Position numbers and translations under genes: made by a program
Shown here: one piece after another, positions 28,342 through 40,350 of the stretch
Layout of the letters: every line of letters starts with the position of its first letter
Position numbering within the stretch: the stretch's first letter is position 1
Assembly: GCA_964597445.1 (NCBI GenBank)
Contig: CAZQXO010000007.1
Span: 1,661-65,660 of the forward strand
Direction: 5' to 3'
From: an uncultured Bifidobacteriaceae bacterium
GTDB lineage: Bacteria; Actinomycetota; Actinomycetes; S36-B12
DNA length: 64,000 nt
The notes under the pieces: model-generated
Databases searched by the model: none
Told to the model about the DNA's origin: nothing
What the model saw: only the letters and a program-made list of their open reading frames with translations

Positions 28342-28945
28342 CGTCGGGGACGCGCAGTCCCTCGGCGCGCAGCTCGAGACCGGCCAGCTCCCGGATGACG
28401 CGCTGATCGCCCCGGCGCCACGCACCCGCGGGGTCATCCGTGATGGAGGCCAGCACGTGCAGGGGTTGACGGGCCATCGCGCGCAAAGCGAACAGGTCGA
28501 GATCCTCGTTGGCGTCGACGAAGCGCCGCGCTGCGGTCGCGCGGCGGATGAAGGCGACGCGGATGGGCACCCAGATGGCCGCCCACGACACGATGGCGAG
28601 CAGTGCGAGCGCAATGGAGAGGAACCGCGCGAGCAGTGACACGGCGTCGGCTGTGGTCTGGCCGGCCTCGGCGATGCCGAGCGCCGCATCGCTCATGCTG
28701 GCGAAGGGTGCGCTGATCGCGCCGCCGATGAGGGGGACCGAGGCGACGGCCGCTCCTGCCTCCTCGATGCTCACGGCGAGGTCCGACGCCCCCTCGGCGA
28801 TCGCCAGTCCCGGAGCGGCGAGGTTCATGATCAGGTCGTGGAGTCGGAATCCCACCCAGACCCACAGCGCGGTCCAGGCGACCAGCCACGCGTCACCGAG
28901 GATCTGACGGGCCCGTCGAGAGGGCAGCTCCGAGTACCAGGTCAT
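28334..28945 (-). CDS. Hypothetical membrane protein
   Basis: 203 aa. TM segments LGDAWLVAWTALWVWVGF and FLSIALALLAIVSWAAIWVPI. No family recognised. Confidence 0.6.
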   Translation of the reverse strand: MTWYSELPSRRARQILGDAWLVAWTALWVWVGFRLHDLIMNLAAPGLAIAEGASDLAVSIEEAGAAVASVPLIGGAISAPFASMSDAALGIAEAGQTTADAVSLLARFLSIALALLAIVSWAAIWVPIRVAFIRRATAARRFVDANEDLDLFALRAMARQPLHVLASITDDPAGAWRRGDQRVIRELAGLELRAEGLRVPDVS

Positions 28946-29057
28946 GATCCAGCCTCCGCGATTTCAGGGATCCACCCCCGACACCGTAGGGTCACTCACG
29001 ACCGCCGAGCCGCCGCCACGAGGAGCGTCGCGGCCCCGGCTTGACCAAGGAGCAGGT

Positions 29058-30917
<1,860 letters not shown>

Positions 30918-30920
30918 GCC

Positions 30921-33053
30921 TCAGGCGCCGAGGTGCCTGCGGAGGAAGTCCACCTCGAGTCGGAGCAGGTTCTCCGCGACGACCTCCTGCGGCGTCATGT
31001 GCGTCACGCCACTCAGCGGGAGCACGCTGTGGGGACGTCCCGCGGCGAGGAGCTCGCTCGACAGCTGAAGCGTGTGCGCGGCCAGCACGTTGTCGTCGGC
31101 CAGTCCGTGGATGATGAGCAGGGGACGCTCCAGTTGGGGCGCCCGCCGCAGCAGTGACGTCAGGTCGTACGCCTCAGGATTCTCCTGCGGCAGGCCGAGG
31201 TACCGCTCGGTGTAGGCCGTGTCATAGAGCGACCAGTCGGTGACGGGAGCTCCGGCGACCGCGGCGTGGAAGACGTCCGGGCGGTCGAGCACGGCAAGAG
31301 CGGCCAGGTACCCGCCGAAGGACCATCCGGTGATGCCGACCCGCGCGAGGTCGAGATCGGGATAGAGGACGCCGAGCGCGGCGAGGGCGTCGACCTGATC
31401 CTGGAGGACCTGGGTCGCGAGGTCGCCGTCCACCTCGAACTCGAAGGCCGGTCCTCGGCCGGGGGTGCCGGCACCATCGACGATGACGACGGCGAACCCC
31501 TGGTCTGCCATCCACTGATCCGAGGCGAAGGCCCCGGCGGCGTGGACGACGCGGGCGTGGTGCGGGCCTCCGTACGGCGCCATGACCACGGGCAGGCGGC
31601 GCGACCCCGGGATGTGGTCGGAGGGCAGCAGGACGACGCAGGCCAGTCGACGGTCGGTCACGCGGTGCCACTGGGGCCGGGGGACGACCGCGGGCACCTC
31701 CGCCATCGAGCGGATCGTGCCCTCGCCTCCGGCGAGCGTTGCCACGATGGTGCTCCCGAGGCGATCCGGCGACGTCGACACGATGACCCGGGCATCACGT
31801 TGGGCGACGGCAGCATGGATGCCGGGATCAGGGGTCAGCAGGTCGGGTGACTCCCCGTCTACTAGCCGGTAGATCCCCTGATCGAACGGATCCTGCTGCG
31901 CAGAGATCACGGTCTCGTCGGCCATCGACGACACGACCCCGGTCACCTGGAGTCCGCTCGGGGTCAGCCACTGTCCGTCGCGCATCAGGCGGAAGGTGTC
32001 GCGCTCGAGATCGGCGACGACCTCCAGGAGGCGGCCCTGCTGGTCCCGTCGGGGCACGCCGCCCTGCATCGTGATCCACGGCTCGGTGACCCGCTCGGCC
32101 AGCACCTGCGTCGCGCCGTCCGGCTCGACGCCGAGGATGAGCTGCCGGCTCTGGTCCCGGCTCAGCACGCTGATGACGGCCGTATCGCCCGTCGCGTCCG
32201 GCTGGACCGTGGCGAGATAGGGATACGCAGCGGTGTCCCACTCGACCTCAACCGGATCCCCGTCGAGGGGCAGGGCGTGGAGGGCCACGGTCGGGTTCAC
32301 GCCCCCGGCACGCGGATAGCGATGCGGCCGTGGCTCGCTCTCGGGTTGGGCCGGGTCGGCGATCCAGTGGAGGGACACGTCCGTCTCGTCGTACTGCTCG
32401 GCGAGGACGGCACTGCTGTCCGCCAGCCACCACAGGCCGCGTGAGCGCTCGAGCTCCTCGGCAGCGACGAAGTCCGCGAGCCCCCAGGACTCGTTCGGGT
32501 CGTCCGCGCGCGCGAGGCAGACCGGCTCCGCGCTGCCGTCCGCGGGGACGGCGAACACTGATCGCGCGGAGACGAAGGCGACGACCCGACCATCAGGCGA
32601 CAGGCGCGGGTCGATGACCCCGCCCGGGCTCGGGAGCTCGCGGGGCAGGGCGTCCGGGTCGTCGAGGGCGACGATCATGAGGATGCCGTCGATGCTGAAG
32701 GTGGCCTGCGTCACGGCGGCGTCCGTCGAGAACGCGGTGATGCCGGTCGCCGTCTCACGCATGCGCTCGCGCCGTGCTCGCTCGTCGGCAGGAAGTTCGG
32801 CGCCGTCATCGCCGGTGGCGAGCGCGTCGACGACGCACCTCTCCGAGAGGCCGCCCGTGCCGTCCGGTTCGGCGACCCACAGCGAGCCGCGTGGGTCGCG
32901 TCCGTGGGCGCTGCGGATGAAGGCGACCCGGGCACCGTCGGGGGAGAGGACGAAGCCGCGGGGCTGGCCGAGCCGGAAGCGGCGGGTCAGCGCCTCCTGC
33001 CGCGGGTAGCTCAGTTCGCCGGTGCCGTCCGGAGTCCCGTCGTCGGTGGTCAC
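30921..33053 (-). CDS. S9 family peptidase (prolyl oligopeptidase / dipeptidyl aminopeptidase-like)
   Basis: C-terminal 710 aa of ORF 30921..33470. A beta-propeller region, then the catalytic domain with GWSFGGYLA (nucleophile Ser), and D...H in IIHGLADDNV and GVTHM. GTG 33053 is chosen so the gene does not run over mshB. Confidence 0.85.
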   Translation of the reverse strand: MTTDDGTPDGTGELSYPRQEALTRRFRLGQPRGFVLSPDGARVAFIRSAHGRDPRGSLWVAEPDGTGGLSERCVVDALATGDDGAELPADERARRERMRETATGITAFSTDAAVTQATFSIDGILMIVALDDPDALPRELPSPGGVIDPRLSPDGRVVAFVSARSVFAVPADGSAEPVCLARADDPNESWGLADFVAAEELERSRGLWWLADSSAVLAEQYDETDVSLHWIADPAQPESEPRPHRYPRAGGVNPTVALHALPLDGDPVEVEWDTAAYPYLATVQPDATGDTAVISVLSRDQSRQLILGVEPDGATQVLAERVTEPWITMQGGVPRRDQQGRLLEVVADLERDTFRLMRDGQWLTPSGLQVTGVVSSMADETVISAQQDPFDQGIYRLVDGESPDLLTPDPGIHAAVAQRDARVIVSTSPDRLGSTIVATLAGGEGTIRSMAEVPAVVPRPQWHRVTDRRLACVVLLPSDHIPGSRRLPVVMAPYGGPHHARVVHAAGAFASDQWMADQGFAVVIVDGAGTPGRGPAFEFEVDGDLATQVLQDQVDALAALGVLYPDLDLARVGITGWSFGGYLAALAVLDRPDVFHAAVAGAPVTDWSLYDTAYTERYLGLPQENPEAYDLTSLLRRAPQLERPLLIIHGLADDNVLAAHTLQLSSELLAAGRPHSVLPLSGVTHMTPQEVVAENLLRLEVDFLRRHLGA

Positions 33054-33087
33054 CCCGGGATCATGGCACGTCGATACCCTGCCTCCT

Positions 33088-33981
33088 GTGTCCGTCTCAC
33101 CCGACCTCCGCCTCCTGCTCGTCCACGCCCACCCCGACGACGAGTGCATCGGTACGGGCGCGACCATGGCGAGGTATGTCGACGAAGGCGTCCACGTCAC
33201 GCTCGTCACCTGCACCCTCGGGGAGGAGGGTGAGGTTCTCCTGCCCGAGCTCGCGCACCTGGCGTCGGACCAGGAGGACGCCCTCGGTGCGCATCGGCAG
33301 ACGGAGCTCGCGGAGGCGATGGCGATCCTCGGCGTCACCGACCATCGCCTGCTCGGCGGACCGGGTCGCTTCCGGGACTCGGGGATGATCGGCACCCCGC
33401 CCAACGACCGCTCCGACAGCTTCTGGCGCACGGACCTGCTCACGGCCGCGACCGAACTGGTGTCCGTCATCCGGGAGGTCCGTCCTCAGGTGGTCGTGAC
33501 CTACGACGACTTCGGCGGCTACGGCCACCCGGACCACATCCAGGCCCATCGCGTCACGCACTATGCCGTCGCGCTCGCGGCCAGCCCGACCTTCCGGACC
33601 GATCTCGGCCAGGCGTGGCAGGTCCTGAAGGTCTACTGGACGGCCTTCCCTCGCAGCATCGTCGTCGCCGGCATCGAGGCGATGAAGGCGCAGGGCATCG
33701 ATGACGACTTCGCGTCCCTCGATCCTGACGACCTGCCGTTCGCCTGCGATGACGATCTCGTGACGACCGTGGTCGAGGCCCCCGGCCACCTGGATCGCAA
33801 GATGGCGGCGCTGCGCGCGCACGGCACGCAGGTCACGGTCGATGGCGGCTTCTTCGCGCTGGCCGACAACGTCGGTGTCGAGGCCTTCGGCACGGAGTAC
33901 TACCGGCTCGCCCTCGGCTCCCTGGGACCCGTGGCCGAGGATGGCCGCGAGCACGATCTCTTCTCCGGGATCCGTGCGTGA
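33088..33981 (+). CDS. mshB: N-acetyl-1-D-myo-inositol-2-amino-2-deoxy-alpha-D-glucopyranoside deacetylase
   Basis: ORF 33022..33981. LLLVHAHPDDECIGTGATMARY, TCTLGEEGEV, GGYGHPDHIQAHRV (LmbE-like zinc motif). The start at GTG 33088 is inferred. Confidence 0.85.
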   Translation: MSVSPDLRLLLVHAHPDDECIGTGATMARYVDEGVHVTLVTCTLGEEGEVLLPELAHLASDQEDALGAHRQTELAEAMAILGVTDHRLLGGPGRFRDSGMIGTPPNDRSDSFWRTDLLTAATELVSVIREVRPQVVVTYDDFGGYGHPDHIQAHRVTHYAVALAASPTFRTDLGQAWQVLKVYWTAFPRSIVVAGIEAMKAQGIDDDFASLDPDDLPFACDDDLVTTVVEAPGHLDRKMAALRAHGTQVTVDGGFFALADNVGVEAFGTEYYRLALGSLGPVAEDGREHDLFSGIRA

Positions 33982-34400
33982 GGGGTCCGCGGGGAGCGGG
34001 TTTCTGGCTTCTGGTCGTCGCGCTTCTGCTCGTCGGCCTCGTGCTGGGCCTCGCGGGGGCCTTCGTCCAGGCGCAGCGTGCCATCGTCGATCTCCCGTGG
34101 GGCCTCATGCCGATCCCGTGGGGGGTGGGCGTCGTGTGGATCGCCCTCGTGTCCGGCGTCCGCGGAGGCGCCTGGCTCGTGCGCTCCCGATGGGGTGCCT
34201 GGGCGGTGGCCGTGGGCTGGCTCGCGGCCACGGTCCTGCTGTCGACGAAGACGCCGTCCGGCGATATCGCACTGTCAGGCGGCGGGCGTCAGCTGATCTA
34301 CCTCATCGGGGGCGTGATCCTCGCCTCCGCTGCGGCCAACCTGCCCCTCCCTCGGGGGACGGAGCCCTCGGCGGCCGGACGGAACGCGACCGTGTCGTGA
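33978..34400 (+). CDS. Small polytopic membrane protein (DUF6113-like), coupled to mshB
   Basis: 140 aa with four hydrophobic helices. GTGA overlap with the mshB stop. Confidence 0.6.
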   Translation: MRGPRGAGFWLLVVALLLVGLVLGLAGAFVQAQRAIVDLPWGLMPIPWGVGVVWIALVSGVRGGAWLVRSRWGAWAVAVGWLAATVLLSTKTPSGDIALSGGGRQLIYLIGGVILASAAANLPLPRGTEPSAAGRNATVS

Positions 34401-34483
34401 GGCGTCCCATCCCCGCACGCCGACGTAGCATCGTGGGCAAGTGCCGCGTGCTGGGCAGGACGACCGCGAAAGGGGAGTGACCG

Positions 34484-36400
34484 GTGCCGTCCCTGCCGAC
34501 CGCCCCGGCCCAGCGCCGCATCGGACTGATCGTCGCGGCGGTCATCGGCGCCCTCCTCGTCATCTACGTCATCGCGGCGCTGTCATCCGGAAGCTCGGCT
34601 CGCGGCGCGGTCACGGTCGGGGGCGTCGACATCAGCGGCCTGTCGCAGGAGGAGGCTGTCGCAGCCGTCGAGGAGGCGACGTCGGAGCGGGTGAGCCGGC
34701 CGGTGCGGATCCGCGCGGACGGCGTCAGCTTCCGCGTCACCCCCGCGGATGCCGGCCTCTCGCTCGATGCGGAGGCCTCGGTGGCTCCGGCGTTCGGGCG
34801 GACGTGGAACCCGATCACCCTGCTGCTGTCGCCCTTCACGGCGCAGGATCTCCCGCTGGTGCCCGTGGTCGACGATGAGGCACTGCGAGATTCGGTCACC
34901 CAGTTGGCCGATGCCGTAGCACGGGCTCCGGAGGAGCCCCGCATCATCATGCGCAACGGCTCAGCTCGCGCGAAGTCCGGTGAGCCCGGGCAGGAGCTCG
35001 ACGTCGACGCGACGATGGCGGCGGTCAGCGAGGCGTTCCTCCTGCCGCGCTCCCCGGTGACCGCGGCGATCGTCGAGGTTCCGCCATCGATCGCGCCCGA
35101 GGAGACGGAGCAGGCACTCGCCCTCGCTCGCGCGGCGACCTCAGCACCGGTCACGGTCCAGGCGGGGACCGTCCAGACCCAGATCAGTGGCGAGGACATC
35201 GGCAGCGCGCTGACGTTCGTGGCGGAGGATGGCCAGCTCGTGCCCCGACTCAACGGCGCCAGGCTCCATCGGGCGATCGCCTCAGAGCTTGCCGGCGTCG
35301 AGACCCCCGGACGCGATGCGACCTTCCGGATCCGCAAGGGCATCCCCCAGGTCGTCAGTTCGAAGGTCGGCCGCGGGGTCGAGGACGACGAGCTGGCGGC
35401 TGCTGTGGCGGGAGTGATCGCCAACCCACCGGGCGATCGTGCGGTCACGGTCTCGGTGGGTGTGCGTGAGCCCGCACTCACCACGGCGGAGGCCTCGCAG
35501 CTCGGCATCCGCGAGCGCATCTCCAGCTTCACGCAGAAGTACCCGTACGCGGCCTACCGATCGCAGAACATCGGCCAGGCTGCCGAGCGGATCAACGGCA
35601 CGCTGCTGATGCCGGGTGAGACCTTCTCCCTGAACGACACGATCCTCGAACGCACCGTCGAGAACGGCTACACGACGGGGTACGTGGTGGGCGAGGGCGG
35701 CGTCTTCCGCGAGGACCTCGGCGGCGGGGTGTCGGCATCGGCGACGACCACGTGGACCGCGGCCTTCTTCGCTGGCATGGAGCGTGTCCAGAACATCGCG
35801 CACTCGATCTGGATCTCCCGGTACCAGCCGGGTCTCGAGGCGACTGTCGCGTGGGGGATCTTCGACCTCAAGTTCCGCAACGACAGTCCCAATGCGGTGT
35901 TCATCACCGCCAGCACGACGCCCACGTCGATGACGGTCAGCTTCTGGGGCACACCCCAGTACGAGCGGATCGAGGCCGAGTTCGGGCCCCGTACCGGCAT
36001 CGTCCCGTTCTCCAAGATCTTCAACGAGGATCCCGAATGCAAGCCGCAGAGTGGGATCGACGGGTTCACCATCACGGTCGATCGGGTGTTCTACCAGGAT
36101 GGCGCTGAGGTGCGCCGCGAGCCGATCACGACCCGCTACAAGCCCGCCCCTCAGGTGGTGTGCGGCGAGAAGCCGAAGAAGAAGAAGGGCCAGAACCGAC
36201 CGGGCCAGCAGTCCGATGAGTTCACGGGTGAGGATGCCGCGCCAGGATCCGATCCGTCGGCGTCCGCCTCCCCGGAGGCCGGCGGCTCCTCTCCCGAGGC
36301 CAGCGCGAGGCCGGACCGCAAGCCGACCGAGAAGCCGGATCGCACGCCCTCGCGGAGGCCAGACCGTCAGCCGAGCGAGCCGGGCGTCTTCTCGAACTGA
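34484..36400 (+). CDS. VanW family protein with N-terminal TM anchor and low-complexity C-terminal tail
   Basis: 638 aa. TM helix IGLIVAAVIGALLVIYVIAAL. VanW core FSLNDTILERTVENGYTTGYVVGEGG...GGGVSASATTTWTAAFFAGME. The last ~90 aa are Pro/Ser/Glu/Lys-rich. Confidence 0.8.
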   Translation: MPSLPTAPAQRRIGLIVAAVIGALLVIYVIAALSSGSSARGAVTVGGVDISGLSQEEAVAAVEEATSERVSRPVRIRADGVSFRVTPADAGLSLDAEASVAPAFGRTWNPITLLLSPFTAQDLPLVPVVDDEALRDSVTQLADAVARAPEEPRIIMRNGSARAKSGEPGQELDVDATMAAVSEAFLLPRSPVTAAIVEVPPSIAPEETEQALALARAATSAPVTVQAGTVQTQISGEDIGSALTFVAEDGQLVPRLNGARLHRAIASELAGVETPGRDATFRIRKGIPQVVSSKVGRGVEDDELAAAVAGVIANPPGDRAVTVSVGVREPALTTAEASQLGIRERISSFTQKYPYAAYRSQNIGQAAERINGTLLMPGETFSLNDTILERTVENGYTTGYVVGEGGVFREDLGGGVSASATTTWTAAFFAGMERVQNIAHSIWISRYQPGLEATVAWGIFDLKFRNDSPNAVFITASTTPTSMTVSFWGTPQYERIEAEFGPRTGIVPFSKIFNEDPECKPQSGIDGFTITVDRVFYQDGAEVRREPITTRYKPAPQVVCGEKPKKKKGQNRPGQQSDEFTGEDAAPGSDPSASASPEAGGSSPEASARPDRKPTEKPDRTPSRRPDRQPSEPGVFSN

Positions 36401-36535
36401 GCCCGCCGCAGGGTCGAGCGCCACGCGGGGCAGGCTCCGATCGCGTCAGGCGGCCCCGTGCCCCGGTGTTGTGTAGGTTGTGGCTGTCGTTGCATCCCGC
36501 GCCCTCGGCTGAGGGCGGACCAACCGGAGGCTCAG

Positions 36536-36862
36536 GTGACCTACGTCATCACCTTTCCCTGTGTGGACCTGAAGGACAAGGCCTGCATTGAGGAGTGTCC
36601 TGTCGACTGCATCTACGAGGGTGACCGGATGCTGTACATCCAGCCCGACGAGTGCGTGGACTGCGGCGCCTGCGAGCCGGTGTGCCCGGTGGAGGCCATC
36701 TACTACGAGGACGACGTTCCCGAGGACTGGAAGGACTACACGGCCGCCAACGCCGAGTTCTTCGCTGAGCTGGGCTCGCCCGGCGGCGCGGCCAAGCTGG
36801 GTGCCCAGGCCTTCGACGCCCCGCTGCTGGCCTCGGTGCCCCCGCAGCAGCACGACCACTGA
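36536..36862 (+). CDS. fdxA: 7Fe-type ferredoxin
   Basis: GTG 36536 follows GGAGG. VTYVITFPCVDLKDKACIEECPVDCIYEGDRMLYIQPDECVDCGACEPVCPVEAIYYEDDVP. Confidence 0.9.
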   Translation: MTYVITFPCVDLKDKACIEECPVDCIYEGDRMLYIQPDECVDCGACEPVCPVEAIYYEDDVPEDWKDYTAANAEFFAELGSPGGAAKLGAQAFDAPLLASVPPQQHDH

Positions 36863-36876
36863 GCGCTCCGTCGGGG

Positions 36877-37965
36877 ATGACGTCTTCGTCGGCGCCGTCC
36901 CTGCCGGACTTCCCCTGGGATCGGCTCGCACCTCTGGGTGACGTGGCCCGGCAGCACCCCGGCGGCATCATCGACCTCTCGGTCGGCACTCCGGTCGATC
37001 CGACGCCCGCGATCGTCCAGGGCGCCCTCCGCTCTGCCGCCGACGCCCCGGGCTATCCCACAGCGGCGGGTCGCGAGGAGACGCGCGCGGCCTGCTCCCG
37101 TTGGCTCGAGCGCGTCACAGGAGCCCGCGTCCCCACCACGGCGATCGTGCCGGCACTCGGGTCGAAGGAGATGGTCGCGGGCCTGCCCCGGCTCCTGGGG
37201 CTCGGCTCCGGCTCCCGCGTGGTGATCCCGCGCATCGCGTATCCGACCTACGCCGTGGGTGCCGTGCTCGCGGGTGCCGAGTTCGTGGCCTCGGACGAGC
37301 CCGAGTCGGTGCCGCGCGCCGATCTCGTCTGGCTGAACTCGCCGGGCAATCCGACCGGCCGGGTGACCTCGCCGGCCAGGCTCGCGGAGATCGTGGCGTG
37401 GGCCCGGGAGACGGGGACGCTGGTCGTCAGCGACGAGTGCTACCTCGAGCTCGGCTGGGATGCCGAGCCGGTCTCCCTGCTCCACCCCGACGTGAGCGGC
37501 GGGTCGAACGACGGACTGCTGGTGCTCCACTCCCTGTCCAAGCGCTCCAATCTGGCCGGCTACCGGTTCGGGTTCCTGGCGGGAGATCCGACCGTCGTGG
37601 CCCGCATCCTGCACATCCGCAAGCACGCGGGCATGCTCGTCCCGACGCCGATCCAGGCGGCCGCCGTCGCTGCGCTCGACGATGACGGGCACGTCCGCGA
37701 GCAGCGGGAGCGCTACCGCGCGCGTCGTGAGGTGCTGAGGTCGGCAGTCGAGGCGGCGGGCTTCCGCATCGATGACAGCGAGGCAGGGCTGTACCTGTGG
37801 GCCTCCCGTGGTGAGCCCTGCTGGGACACCGTGGCGTGGTTCGCCGAGCGCGGCGTGCTCGCGACCCCGGGCGACTTCTACGGGCCGGACGGTGCCCGGC
37901 ACATCCGGCTCGCCCTGACCGCCACGGATGGTGCGATCGGCGAGGTGGCCGACCGGCTGTCGTGA
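36877..37965 (+). CDS. dapC: Succinyldiaminopimelate transaminase (class I aminotransferase)
   Basis: 362 aa. DFPWDRLAP, IDLSVGTPVDP, YPTAAG, LNSPGNPTG, SDECY, HSLSKRSNLAGYRFGF. It sits next to fdxA and near dapD/dapE. Confidence 0.8.
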   Translation: MTSSSAPSLPDFPWDRLAPLGDVARQHPGGIIDLSVGTPVDPTPAIVQGALRSAADAPGYPTAAGREETRAACSRWLERVTGARVPTTAIVPALGSKEMVAGLPRLLGLGSGSRVVIPRIAYPTYAVGAVLAGAEFVASDEPESVPRADLVWLNSPGNPTGRVTSPARLAEIVAWARETGTLVVSDECYLELGWDAEPVSLLHPDVSGGSNDGLLVLHSLSKRSNLAGYRFGFLAGDPTVVARILHIRKHAGMLVPTPIQAAAVAALDDDGHVREQRERYRARREVLRSAVEAAGFRIDDSEAGLYLWASRGEPCWDTVAWFAERGVLATPGDFYGPDGARHIRLALTATDGAIGEVADRLS

Positions 37966-38045
37966 GCCGGGTCACCTGGTCGGCGTCCTGACCCGGGAGA
38001 GCCGCCACGTGCGGCCTCGGTAGGCTCCCCGGCAGGAGGTTTCTT

Positions 38046-39329
38046 GTGTCTGACTACAGTCTCGCGTACCCCGGCGGCACCCTGCCCCTTCCCGAGGTTC
38101 CCTCGACGGTGGGCGACGCGGGCATCAACATCGCCCCGCTGCTGAAGACCACGGGTCACGTCACCCTCGATCACGGCTTCATGAACACGGCGGCATGCTC
38201 ATCGGCCATCACCTTCATCGACGGAGACCAGGGCATCCTTCGGTACCGCGGCTACCCGATCGAGCAGCTGGCTCAGCAGTCGACCTTCCTGGAGACCTCC
38301 TACCTGCTCATCTACGGCGTGCTGCCGACGGCAGAGCAGCTCGACGCCTTCAAGCGCGATATCCGCATGCACACGATGCTCCACGAGGATCTCCGCCGGT
38401 TCTTCGACGGCTTCCCGCGCGATGCGCACCCGATGGCGGTGCTCTCCTCGGCTGTCTCGGCGCTCTCGACCTTCTACCAGGACTCACTGGACCCGTTCGA
38501 CCAGCGTCAGGTCCAGATCTCGACCATCCGGCTCATGGCGAAGGTGCCGACGATCGCTGCCTACGCCCACAAGAAGGCCGTGGGTCAGCCCTTCATGTAC
38601 CCGGACAACTCGCTCGGGTTCATCGACAACTTCCTGCGCATGACCTTCGGCGTGCCGGCTGAGCCCTACGAGGTCAACCCGGTCCTGTCCAAGGCGCTCA
38701 ACCAGCTGCTCCTGCTGCATGCCGACCACGAGCAGAACTGCTCCACGTCGACCGTGCGCCTCGTGGGCTCCTCGCACGCGAACATGTTCGCGTCCGTCTC
38801 GGCGGGCATCAACGCCCTGTTCGGTCCGCTGCATGGCGGTGCGAACCAGGCTGTGATGGAGATGCTGCAGAACATCCATGCGCAGGGCGGGGGCGTCAAC
38901 ACCTTCATTCGCCAGGTGAAGGATCGCCAGGACGGTGTCAAGCTCATGGGCTTCGGGCATCGCGTGTACAAGAACTACGACCCGCGTGCGGCCATCGTCA
39001 AGAAGACCGCGCACGACGTCTTCGGTCAGCTGAACGTCAGCGACCCGCTGCTCGACATCGCGCTGCGACTCGAGGAGGTGGCTCTCGCCGATGACTTCTT
39101 CGTCGAGCGCAAGCTTTACCCGAATGTGGACTTCTACACGGGCCTGATCTACAAGGCGATGGGCTTCCCGACCGAGATGTTCACGGTCCTGTTCGCCCTC
39201 GGTCGCCTCCCGGGCTGGATCGCCCAGTGGACCGAGATGATCAACGATCCGGACACGAAGATCGGCCGGCCGCGTCAGGTCTACATCGGCGAGCCGCTGC
39301 GCGACTACGTGCCGATGGCTGACCGCTGA
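38046..39329 (+). CDS. gltA: Citrate synthase
   Basis: 427 aa. ITFIDGDQGILRYRGYPIEQLA, HADHEQNCSTSTVR, GPLHGGANQAV, GFGHRVYKNYDPRA, YPNVDFYTG. Confidence 0.95.
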   Translation: MSDYSLAYPGGTLPLPEVPSTVGDAGINIAPLLKTTGHVTLDHGFMNTAACSSAITFIDGDQGILRYRGYPIEQLAQQSTFLETSYLLIYGVLPTAEQLDAFKRDIRMHTMLHEDLRRFFDGFPRDAHPMAVLSSAVSALSTFYQDSLDPFDQRQVQISTIRLMAKVPTIAAYAHKKAVGQPFMYPDNSLGFIDNFLRMTFGVPAEPYEVNPVLSKALNQLLLLHADHEQNCSTSTVRLVGSSHANMFASVSAGINALFGPLHGGANQAVMEMLQNIHAQGGGVNTFIRQVKDRQDGVKLMGFGHRVYKNYDPRAAIVKKTAHDVFGQLNVSDPLLDIALRLEEVALADDFFVERKLYPNVDFYTGLIYKAMGFPTEMFTVLFALGRLPGWIAQWTEMINDPDTKIGRPRQVYIGEPLRDYVPMADR

Positions 39330-39370
39330 CCTCGGACGAGAGCGTGCCCCGCGGCCCAGCGCCGTGAGAC

Positions 39371-39386
39371 CTGAGCCTCGGCTCAG
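39371..39386. terminator. Hairpin CTGAGC-CTCG-GCTCAG between convergent gltA and dapD
   Basis: Read directly. It overlaps the dapD stop codon. Confidence 0.3.
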
Positions 39387-40333
39387 TGCGTGGTGTGCAG
39401 CGCCGCGTTGAGCCCGCCCCACGTTCCGGTGCGAGGCACCACCTCGATGGCTCCTGTCTGCGAGTTGCGGCGGTACAGCAGGTCGGGTGCCCCGGAGAGC
39501 TCGCGAGCCTTGGCCGTGCCGCCATCCGGCAGCCGCACCTTCGATCCGCCGGTGACGTACAGGCCGGCCTCGACCACGCAGCCGTCACCGAGGGAGATCC
39601 CCACGCCGGCGTTGGCCCCGATCAGGCAGCCCTTGCCGATGCTGATGACCTCCGTGCCGCCACCGGACAGGGTGCCCATGATCGATGCCCCACCGCCGAT
39701 GTCGGAACCGTCGCCGACGACCACTCCGGCGGAAATGCGTCCCTCCACCATCGAGGTCCCCAGCGTGCCGGCGTTGAAGTTCACGAAGCCCTCGTGCATG
39801 ACGACCGTGCCCGGGGCCAGGTGTGCACCGAGGCGGACCCGGTCGGCATCGGCGATGCGGACCCCGCTCGGGATCACGTAGTCGACCATGCGCGGGAATC
39901 GATCCACCCCGTGCACCGTCAGGTGGTGGCCCTTGCGGCGCATGTGCAGCCGCGCGTCGGCCACGCGGTCGAGGGGGATCGGGCCGGCGCTGGTCCAGGC
40001 GACCAGGGGCAGGATGCCGAAGATGCCCTCGAGATTGATGCTGTGCGGCCGCACCAGGCGATGCGAGAGCAGGTGCAGGCGGAGGTACGCGTCGGCTGCA
40101 TCGGCGGGCGGCGACTGCAGGTCCTCGATCACGGTGGAGATGGATCGCACGCTCGTGCCGCGAACCGGATCGGAGTCGATGCCTGCCTCGAGGTGGGGCA
40201 CATCGACGGGACTCGCGCCGAGGACGGGCTCGGGATACCAGACCTCCATGACGGAGTCGCCGTCGAAGGTGGCGAGCCCCAGAGCGGCGGCTGGGCCGCG
40301 CACGGTCGTTGCGGACGAGGCATCAGACGTCAT
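39383..40333 (-). CDS. dapD: 2,3,4,5-tetrahydropyridine-2,6-dicarboxylate N-succinyltransferase
   Basis: Internal ATG 40333 of ORF 39383..40471. Left-handed beta-helix hexapeptide repeats ([52 protein letters not shown]). Confidence 0.9.
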   Translation of the reverse strand: MTSDASSATTVRGPAAALGLATFDGDSVMEVWYPEPVLGASPVDVPHLEAGIDSDPVRGTSVRSISTVIEDLQSPPADAADAYLRLHLLSHRLVRPHSINLEGIFGILPLVAWTSAGPIPLDRVADARLHMRRKGHHLTVHGVDRFPRMVDYVIPSGVRIADADRVRLGAHLAPGTVVMHEGFVNFNAGTLGTSMVEGRISAGVVVGDGSDIGGGASIMGTLSGGGTEVISIGKGCLIGANAGVGISLGDGCVVEAGLYVTGGSKVRLPDGGTAKARELSGAPDLLYRRNSQTGAIEVVPRTGTWGGLNAALHTTH

Positions 40334-40350
40334 GCGGCTACCGTATCGAC